Shown piece by piece: positions 57,202 through 64,000 of a DNA stretch of 64,000 nt. The position numbers were made by a program, and so were the translations under genes. Source of the DNA: a virus; IMG/VR virus record IMGVR_UViG_3300008259_000014, positions 1 through 64,000 of that record, one strand, 5' to 3'. The notes under the pieces were generated by a model. That model saw nothing but the letters and a program-made list of their open reading frames with translations, did no database searches and was not told the origin of the DNA. Every line of letters starts with the position of its first letter. Position 1 is the first letter of the stretch.

Positions 57202-57615
57202 TTATTCCTCTAATTTTATTTTTTCAACTTCAATATTGGACAATTCCAATATATTCAATCCTTCCTCTGAATATAATTCATTATAAATAACTTTATTTAT
57301 ATTTGCATTAATAATTGCTTTGGCACACATTTCGCATGGCGAATGTGTGACATACATTATTTTTTTATGATTTGATCCATAATCTAGCTTTATTAGAGCA
57401 TTAACTTCCGCATGAATAAATCCTGATTCACCAGGATACATAGATGCTCTTTTATTTTTACCGCCTTTTTCATCGCCATTATATCCAAGAGCCAAAACTC
57501 TTGTATTATCCTCTGAAACTATTATGCATCCAACTTTTGTTTTTTCATCAGAAGATCTTAATGAAACAAGATTTGCCATATTTATCCATAATGTATTCCA
57601 AGATATTCTATTCAC
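57202..57615 (-). CDS. dCMP deaminase
   Basis: KVGC.IV, GYNG, HAEVNA, SPCEMCAK. Confidence 0.92.
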   Translation of the reverse strand: MNRISWNTLWINMANLVSLRSSDEKTKVGCIIVSEDNTRVLALGYNGDEKGGKNKRASMYPGESGFIHAEVNALIKLDYGSNHKKIMYVTHSPCEMCAKAIINANINKVIYNELYSEEGLNILELSNIEVEKIKLEE

Positions 57616-58688
57616 TTTAAGAAACCATTTCTATATACTTTTATATATTTTTCATTTGAAATTTTTTCATTTCCAGAAAAGGCGTCACTAAGCATCCATC
57701 TTAAATCTGGATTATCAATAGCAACTTCTTTTCTACTCTTTCCTGTTTTAACTATAGATAATAAAAAGTTATAAGAGTTATCCCATTTTGATGCTTGTTT
57801 GTTAAATTCAAATGAGATATCTGTTATCTTTTGAATAACTTCTGGGTAAAACTCATCAGGAATAAAAAACTTTTTAAAATCAATTAAACCAGATATTTCG
57901 TAATCTTGCCAAATATCATGTATGTAATGATCAGAGTTTAAACTAGATATTGCTTTTGAAAGCTCAAAATACTTTAATGATTTTATTTTTAATTTAAATC
58001 CATCATCTAAGGTTACAACTATTCCTTCAAAATTGGGGTCATTATTTGCTTTTATAATTGCATAGATATCTTTTGGAGTTTTTACCAAGTATGTATTTGG
58101 CCTCTTGCATCCGAGCAAATCTGCTAGTAGATCAGATCCTGATTGGCTTAGTTCTAAGCCAGACCCTATATTTATAGATGATAAAAGTATAAGATTGTCT
58201 TCTTTATGCCTTCTACATACTATTCGATTTGAAGGTCCCACTAGCTCAAATAGCATTGTATTGTTTTTTACAAAATTCTTGTCAGCAAAAAGATCATGCC
58301 TATCGTTCCATATTTCTTTTGCCATCTTTGCCTGGCTAGATTCAAAAGATCCTCTTGTTGAAAAATGAACATCTCCATCTATAACAAATGAAATTATTAA
58401 TGATCCATCTTCTTTTTCCTGAGCAAAGGATACCTTTCTTTCCATAAAAGAAGAGTCAACTTCTTCAATATTAAAAAACTTTGTAAAAGGAATTGCTATA
58501 CACTTTTTGTTGTGAAAGACAATGCCTCTTGCCCATATATTTACATTATTCCATTTTTTATCATAAGTAACAGAATCTAAGTAATTAAACCCAACCAAAT
58601 TAGGTATGGTTGGGTGAGAAAACATAACAATATTCTTCCTTTCGACTTCTATCAAGAAGTCTTCATAAGAGGGTATTTTATTTGACAT
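57612..58688 (-). CDS. RNA ligase, T4 Rnl1-like
   Basis: ARG, KFFN, KEDGSL (motif I), TRGSF, FE, EGIVV, KIK. Confidence 0.88.
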   Translation of the reverse strand: MSNKIPSYEDFLIEVERKNIVMFSHPTIPNLVGFNYLDSVTYDKKWNNVNIWARGIVFHNKKCIAIPFTKFFNIEEVDSSFMERKVSFAQEKEDGSLIISFVIDGDVHFSTRGSFESSQAKMAKEIWNDRHDLFADKNFVKNNTMLFELVGPSNRIVCRRHKEDNLILLSSINIGSGLELSQSGSDLLADLLGCKRPNTYLVKTPKDIYAIIKANNDPNFEGIVVTLDDGFKLKIKSLKYFELSKAISSLNSDHYIHDIWQDYEISGLIDFKKFFIPDEFYPEVIQKITDISFEFNKQASKWDNSYNFLLSIVKTGKSRKEVAIDNPDLRWMLSDAFSGNEKISNEKYIKVYRNGFLK

Positions 58689-58689
58689 T

Positions 58690-59982
58690 TTATTCCTTTG
58701 AGTTATACTTATTTATAAGATATCTCATATATTTTTCTCTATAATATCCGCCATATCCCATTAAGTGCATTGTCATATCTCTTTCCTTCCAGTTTACAGG
58801 ATGGGAATTAAATACTGACTCAGGCAGTCTTAGGTAATCTCTATTCTCAGTTCCAAACTCTTTGCATCTATTTATTAGCATTGTTTGATCGCCTCCAAAG
58901 GCGTATACTGAGCTTTTATCTCCGGCAATTATTATATCAGAACACACTTGATTTAAGAGCTTCTTTGAAAAATCTGATTTTTTAAATATCATAAAGCCTG
59001 AATTAAAAAAATGCTCTAATGATGGATCTTTACATACAATAAAGCTATGATCAAAATTTTTTGCTATATTTACTATAGATTTTTCTGGGTTTGTAAAGAC
59101 AATATCAGAATCAACCCATATAACAGTTTCATATTTTTTAAGTACTTCGTTTATTGCAAAAGTCTTTGACCAGTTCCCAGGCTGATTACTTAGTATTGCA
59201 AAGTTGTAAATTTTATAAGATATTTTATGATGATCACAATAAAATTTTATTGACTCTGCAGAAAGCCTTCCTTGTGTTTTTATATTTTCTGTATACAGAG
59301 AAACAATACACGTATCAGATCCGTAGTCTTTTTCTAGTTCAATATCCTTTGTATCAATAGATACAGGAACTTCCATATTTACATATCTAGACTCATGACT
59401 AAGATCATCGTCTCCATATGAAGCTAAAAAGAACTCTTTCATTGGAGCTATAGAACTATTAAAATAAAATAAATCACGAATAGTAAAAATTGAATATTTT
59501 ATTTTTGTTGCATTTAATAGGTTTATAACGCCTTGAGAATAAGCCTGCATATCTCTTGAATTTTTCGCAGCGCATAACTCAAATGTTGTTATGGAGTTAT
59601 CTATGCTTAAAATTTTTCTTAGCAGTACTTTATTTTGATCATTGTTTCTTATTGCAAGAAAATGAAGATTTAATATTTTTGAATCTTTACTTGGAGCGGA
59701 TAGCACTATATCACTTCCGCAATATGTAATATTACTAATATCGTAATCAAGGTTATTTATAGCTGTATATGGTCCGCATACAATTACCCATTCAGCTTTT
59801 GAACTGAATAAAGTAGAATATAGTGTTCCAAGCATTATTGGAATATAATCAGAATTGGAAGCTGGATAGTCAAGCTCCTGCTGAATCAATGATATATTAT
59901 TTTTCTTGCAGTAGACTTTGTAAGTCTCCAGGCTTCTTTTGAAATCTTTATGATAAATGGTTATTAATTCTATATTTTGCAT
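58690..59982 (-). CDS. Glycosyltransferase with tandem GT-A (GT34-like) domains; the N-terminal copy is degenerate
   Basis: WSK, WVDSD (DxD), FNSGFM, GDQ, FN, H..G in the C-terminal domain. Confidence 0.8.
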   Translation of the reverse strand: MQNIELITIYHKDFKRSLETYKVYCKKNNISLIQQELDYPASNSDYIPIMLGTLYSTLFSSKAEWVIVCGPYTAINNLDYDISNITYCGSDIVLSAPSKDSKILNLHFLAIRNNDQNKVLLRKILSIDNSITTFELCAAKNSRDMQAYSQGVINLLNATKIKYSIFTIRDLFYFNSSIAPMKEFFLASYGDDDLSHESRYVNMEVPVSIDTKDIELEKDYGSDTCIVSLYTENIKTQGRLSAESIKFYCDHHKISYKIYNFAILSNQPGNWSKTFAINEVLKKYETVIWVDSDIVFTNPEKSIVNIAKNFDHSFIVCKDPSLEHFFNSGFMIFKKSDFSKKLLNQVCSDIIIAGDKSSVYAFGGDQTMLINRCKEFGTENRDYLRLPESVFNSHPVNWKERDMTMHLMGYGGYYREKYMRYLINKYNSKE

Positions 59983-59995
59983 AACATATAAAATA

Positions 59996-60907
59996 TTAAT
60001 TAATAGACGCTAAATCATCTTCTGTATATAAGAATCCTGACGTGTAATCTCCCCTAGTATGTAAGAATAATTTAATATCTTCATGCTTAAACAAGCCAAA
60101 AAAAGCTTTGTTTATATGTTTTTCCATATAAATAAATGGAATTATTACTGAGAAGAATTCAACCTCTTTGAGTGCATCATAGAATTCTCTCATAGCTTTG
60201 GAAAACTCATAACACTCCTTATGTTTTTTTACATTTCCTACTTTTATATCTTCCTGCACAAATTTGTATCCATCAATCGCATAACACTCAGAGTTTCTTG
60301 AGTGCCATGGCTCATATACATCCTTTATATCAATACCAGTAGCAACAACCCAATATTCTGGATTTTCACGATCTGGAATCTCTCTTGGTGATTGTATATC
60401 ATATTCAAAATAATAATTTTCCACACCTATAGTATATTTTTCAAATTTTAATGTTTTACCATCTTTATTTAAGATATTAATAATATCGCCTTTTTTGCCC
60501 TCTCTCTTCATCAGATCTTTAACATTTTTGTTTTTTTCTGAAAAATTTGCTTTAGATTTTTTAAAATTGGCAAGAGCATCTAAGGCAGCCTTAAAAATTA
60601 CACCTTTTTCAGTAAAAAGATTTTCTGTTTTATTGTCTTTTACTGCAAGTAATATTTCTTCATGATTTTTTGCCATATCATATATATCTTTATATTTAGA
60701 GTATTTTATAAAAAAGTTTTTATATTTTCCCAAAATATATGTATAAGACCTAAGCTTAATTTTTATATTAACCTTTAGTAATTTATTTTTTAAATCTACA
60801 TCTTCAAGTTCCCAAATATAAGAATCAAAGATTTCTGGTGCTAGAGTTTTTTCACCTGAAAAATCATCATCAATAACGTATGAGATTGCTTTGCTATCTG
60901 TCATCAT
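59996..60907 (-). CDS. Hypothetical protein, paralogue of 61260..62174
   Basis: Shared EC.EF....REF......EFFS...F.LFKH.D.K...H.......G..YTED. Confidence 0.75.
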   Translation of the reverse strand: MMTDSKAISYVIDDDFSGEKTLAPEIFDSYIWELEDVDLKNKLLKVNIKIKLRSYTYILGKYKNFFIKYSKYKDIYDMAKNHEEILLAVKDNKTENLFTEKGVIFKAALDALANFKKSKANFSEKNKNVKDLMKREGKKGDIINILNKDGKTLKFEKYTIGVENYYFEYDIQSPREIPDRENPEYWVVATGIDIKDVYEPWHSRNSECYAIDGYKFVQEDIKVGNVKKHKECYEFSKAMREFYDALKEVEFFSVIIPFIYMEKHINKAFFGLFKHEDIKLFLHTRGDYTSGFLYTEDDLASIN

Positions 60908-61266
60908 AGCCCCTTTTTATCAAGGTAGGTATTTTCCCATTTTTTGCACAGCTTTTCTTTTTCCGTGCTTGCAACATATTCCCTCTCCCAATCAGAATCT
61001 TCCAGATTAAGAAGAATATCGTACTCTACCTCTTTGAGGTAGTTCTCGACAGAATCTACGTATTTTACAGCTTGAACTGTTAGACATTTTTGACATCTAG
61101 CTAATAATAACTTTTGCAAAGGCTCAACTACAGCTCCATCCTCGTCAACTTTTACAAAAACCCTGCAGTTAGTTCGGCAAATTGAAACAGAAGATGGATG
61201 CAGTAACCTTGTACATTTACTGCATTTATATGTATCATTGTATGCTATACTATTTTTCACTAACAT
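60904..61266 (-). CDS. Zn-ribbon protein, paralogue of 62176..62526
   Basis: NDT..C..C...HP...CxxC..YL...W..EY.AS..KEK. Confidence 0.75.
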   Translation of the reverse strand: MLVKNSIAYNDTYKCSKCTRLLHPSSVSICRTNCRVFVKVDEDGAVVEPLQKLLLARCQKCLTVQAVKYVDSVENYLKEVEYDILLNLEDSDWEREYVASTEKEKLCKKWENTYLDKKGL

Positions 61267-62174
61267 GAAGAAATTTCATCCTCGGTGTAAATTGATCCCC
61301 ATCCACCCTTCGTAGACATATGAACGTAAAATTTATAATCTTTATGCTTAAATAGTGCAAAATAATTATTTTTTGGAACCATTCTTGAATAAATAATTAT
61401 AAGAAAACGAGAGAAAAACTCTAAATCACTTGTTAAATCATTAAATTCTCTAGAAATTTTGATGAACTCATCACACTCTTCATAGAAGTCTATTCTATTA
61501 GAATCAAATGAAACTTCACCGTAACCCATAACAGAGTAATTTTTATTCTTAATAAAGAATGAACTATTTACAGATTCTATGTTTGAGGATACTCTATATT
61601 TTGATGAATTATCTACTTTTGAATTTGGAATAATTGCTCTTCCAAATTCATTTTCTGATATCCACAATGTATCAAAACATATAAGAGCATTTTTAATAAT
61701 ATCCCCATTATAGTGTTTATATTCTGGAGCAAAATGAATTAGCTTTTGCCTAGAGGATTGTGCAATAAGTTTTTTAACTTTTTCTTCTGATTTTTTAAAA
61801 ATCTCATATTCAATATTTCTTTTCTCAATCTTTTTATTGATCAAATCAAATATTGCATCTTTTCCACCAAAAACTGTGTCTAATTCATTAGACACCATCT
61901 TTTCCATAAAAGAATCAAAATTTTCGATTAGATCATGAAAACTTTTATATTTGCAAAGTTCAAAAAAAGTATCCGGTGATGTATTTACTATATCAATCAT
62001 AGCTTTAGAAACATCAAATATATCTATATTTAGAGTTTCAAAATGCGAAAGAAGATCAGATCTGTATTTATAAAAATAGGCATTAATAAATTCTGATTTT
62101 ATCTTTAATTGTTTTTTACCATATCGACTATTTTCTATAAATAGATTTGGATCAATATTTTGAGAATTTTTCAT
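61260..62174 (-). CDS. Hypothetical protein, paralogue of 59996..60907
   Basis: Shared C-terminal motif with 59996..60907. Confidence 0.75.
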   Translation of the reverse strand: MKNSQNIDPNLFIENSRYGKKQLKIKSEFINAYFYKYRSDLLSHFETLNIDIFDVSKAMIDIVNTSPDTFFELCKYKSFHDLIENFDSFMEKMVSNELDTVFGGKDAIFDLINKKIEKRNIEYEIFKKSEEKVKKLIAQSSRQKLIHFAPEYKHYNGDIIKNALICFDTLWISENEFGRAIIPNSKVDNSSKYRVSSNIESVNSSFFIKNKNYSVMGYGEVSFDSNRIDFYEECDEFIKISREFNDLTSDLEFFSRFLIIIYSRMVPKNNYFALFKHKDYKFYVHMSTKGGWGSIYTEDEISSC

Positions 62175-62175
62175 T

Positions 62176-62526
62176 TTATTTCTGGTCTATTATTGTTTTG
62201 ATAAATTTTTCCTTATCTACTGATGCAAGGTATTCTTTATGCCATCCATCAATATCTAAATAAAAAGTAATTATACTTTCTGCTTTCTCAAGATATTCTT
62301 GAATTGAGGAATAGTATTCTACTACTTGAGCTTGTCCGCAAGACAAACAGGCTATAGCGAGCTTCTTTTCTATTGGAAATGAGACATGCCCTTGCTCTGT
62401 GCTCTTTAGCAAAATCCTCCTATCCCTATTGCTAGGAGAGAATACGGCTGGATGAATAACTACATCGCAGAATTTGTTAATACATCGTATTGTGTCGTTC
62501 AGCGGAGCTTGCTCTATTTTGCTCAT
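62176..62526 (-). CDS. Zn-ribbon protein, paralogue of 60904..61266
   Basis: Shared Cys pattern and EY.AS..KEK motif with 60904..61266. Confidence 0.75.
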   Translation of the reverse strand: MSKIEQAPLNDTIRCINKFCDVVIHPAVFSPSNRDRRILLKSTEQGHVSFPIEKKLAIACLSCGQAQVVEYYSSIQEYLEKAESIITFYLDIDGWHKEYLASVDKEKFIKTIIDQK

Positions 62527-62558
62527 TTCCTATGTTCGCCCTTTATTGGTTCGCGGTC

Positions 62559-62586
62559 ATTTTAACCAGGTGATTACTGGTGTCAA
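62559..62586 (-). promoter_or_regulatory. Promoter TTGACA-N16-TAAAAT
   Basis: ACCAG/CTGGT dyad in the spacer; follows terminator 62597-62623. Confidence 0.75.
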
Positions 62587-62596
62587 TAAAATAAAA

Positions 62597-62623
62597 CAGC
62601 CAGTAGTAAAAAACTACTGGCTG
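62597..62623 (-). terminator. Intrinsic terminator
   Basis: CAGCCAGTAGT / ACTACTGGCTG plus U-tract. Confidence 0.8.
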
Positions 62624-62646
62624 GATAAATAGCGCAAATATAGCCG

Positions 62647-63927
62647 CTAGTAATAGCCGACACCTGCTTTGTTTGCCTTTACCTGCTTTCCAAGATTTGA
62701 CAACATTTCATTTGCAGATTCCATTATATCATCATCTCTAATTAAAGAGATATCTTCTGCATAATTTGATTTTGAAAATGCTTTGTTTGCTGCATTTAAA
62801 AAGATACCTTTCACAAAGGCCATAGAGTGGCCTATTACCATTTTTGCAACCTTTTTTGTGCAATCTTCAGTAACAGAATCATTGTTGCAGAGCTTGATTA
62901 AATACTCAGAAATTGTATCTTCAGTTGGACAATCAAATGGTATTCTCATATCAAATCTTCCAGGCCTTAGTAAGACTTCTGGATCTAATTTTTTCGGATC
63001 ATTTGCTGTTGCAATTAATATAGAATTTGTTCTTTGTGTTACGCCGTCAAGACAGTTTAATATTGCAGACAGAGAAACTTGTGTTTTAAAACTCTCTTCC
63101 TTTGAAAAGTATCTGTCAATATCTTCTAGCAATAGAATTCTTATATTTTTTGCTGTCGTGATATTTTTATCAATCCTTGGTGGAGCACTTTCTTCAAAAG
63201 AAATTGGAATTTCTGGAACAGCATATGAGTATGGAGGCTTTCTTGTCTCCAAATCTCCTAGCATCCATCTAGAAAATTCATTATCTGGATCTTCATATTT
63301 TCCAGAAAATGAAAATGATTCTACAGGTCTATTGTAGTACTTTGATATAGCTCTAATTACAGAAGTCTTTCCATTTCCTGGTGGACCATAAAGTAAATAT
63401 GATCTAGCATAGGGAAGATCTCTAAGTGTGAACCAGTTTTTTGACCTTGAAAAAAACAACACATCTTTCCTCATGGATTCTGTTTTTTCATTCCAAATAA
63501 CAGAATTCAGGTTGCTCTCATCAAGAATTGGTTTTTCTTTTATTTTAATAGCATTGATAAAGTTATCAAATAAAGAAATATTATTCTTGTCTATAACAAA
63601 ACCATAGTATGCAGAGTATACAATGCAATTAGTTTTTGGAATTTTGTAAGTATTATTACATTTTCTTTTTACAAAACTGCCGTCCTTAGAGATAGAAATA
63701 ACATTGTCAGGAAGATACTCTTCCATATTTGAAACAATTTCTGATCTTAAATTAAATGAATAATCATAGATATCTTTTATAATTTCAATAATAACTAAAT
63801 CATCAAAGTTAGAATTAGAGAATATTTTTTCTACATAAGATCTATCCTGCCTTAGCTGATCTACGGCATTTGCATCCATTATATTACTAACTATTGAATA
63901 GTTATATTTTGTAGCAATATTTAGCAT
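62647..63927 (-). CDS. AAA+ ATPase, BCS1-like
   Basis: RSYLLYGPPGNGKTS, LLEDID, LS.ILN.LDG, TAN....LDP..LRPGRFD. Confidence 0.9.
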   Translation of the reverse strand: MLNIATKYNYSIVSNIMDANAVDQLRQDRSYVEKIFSNSNFDDLVIIEIIKDIYDYSFNLRSEIVSNMEEYLPDNVISISKDGSFVKRKCNNTYKIPKTNCIVYSAYYGFVIDKNNISLFDNFINAIKIKEKPILDESNLNSVIWNEKTESMRKDVLFFSRSKNWFTLRDLPYARSYLLYGPPGNGKTSVIRAISKYYNRPVESFSFSGKYEDPDNEFSRWMLGDLETRKPPYSYAVPEIPISFEESAPPRIDKNITTAKNIRILLLEDIDRYFSKEESFKTQVSLSAILNCLDGVTQRTNSILIATANDPKKLDPEVLLRPGRFDMRIPFDCPTEDTISEYLIKLCNNDSVTEDCTKKVAKMVIGHSMAFVKGIFLNAANKAFSKSNYAEDISLIRDDDIMESANEMLSNLGKQVKANKAGVGYY

Positions 63928-64000
63928 CTCATGACTCCTTTAATATACCAAGCGCTTTTGTTTGAGCTGAAAATTTATAGTCACAATATTTATTATTACA

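Noticed and set aside
500-63337. Numerous plus-strand ORFs in the track, and minus-strand ORFs 3884..4075, 52198..52383 and 52754..52942 type overlaps
   Set aside because: They are shadows or alternative frames of well-supported genes, lack RBSs and have atypical composition; only 51506..52513 is accepted on the plus strand.
1-64000. Alternative genetic code (stop-codon reassignment)
   Set aside because: Conserved genes are full length in the standard code and end in TAA, TAG and TGA; the recA break is a frame change, not an in-frame stop.
1-64000. tRNA, tmRNA or rRNA genes; cellular origin of the contig
   Set aside because: No cloverleaf or T-loop signatures in the short intergenic gaps; gene content and single-strand organisation fit a large phage despite groEL, dnaE and purA.

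Overview
AT-rich, gene-dense segment of a very large (jumbo/huge) dsDNA bacteriophage genome. Genes read normally in the standard bacterial code with strong AGGAG-type RBSs, and all but one are on the minus strand. No tRNA, rRNA or CRISPR array was seen. Left: replication, recombination and transcription genes (interrupted recA, GroEL, RuvC-like resolvase, SSB, DnaE, a 2187-aa Cys-knuckle protein, sigma factor, Cas4/RecB-like nuclease, SbcCD, primase Zn finger, HU, KhpA). Middle: nucleotide metabolism and proteostasis (thyX, IMPDH/GMP reductase, purA plus a stand-alone purA C-terminal paralogue, DHH phosphoesterase, M16 peptidase, MoxR-vWA pair, sHSPs, second GroEL) and free-standing endonucleases. 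Right: a cluster of proteins sharing a K-x-A boundary motif, repair genes (UvsE, RNA ligase, nucleotidyltransferase, 5'-3' exonuclease) and a duplicated two-gene cassette. The strongest finding is a fractured recA: the coding frame ends in loop L2 (GNPE) with a 15-aa split-intein N-fragment, followed by a 22-bp perfect hairpin that buries the RBS and start of an intervening ORF. Other notable patterns are a promoter family with a fixed 16-bp spacer and +1 hairpins, a candidate late motif upstream of K-x-A genes, a terminator/antiterminator switch upstream of the purA operon, and enzymes that could shift nucleotide pools from G/C to A/T. All calls come from motif recognition by eye; no database searches were run.
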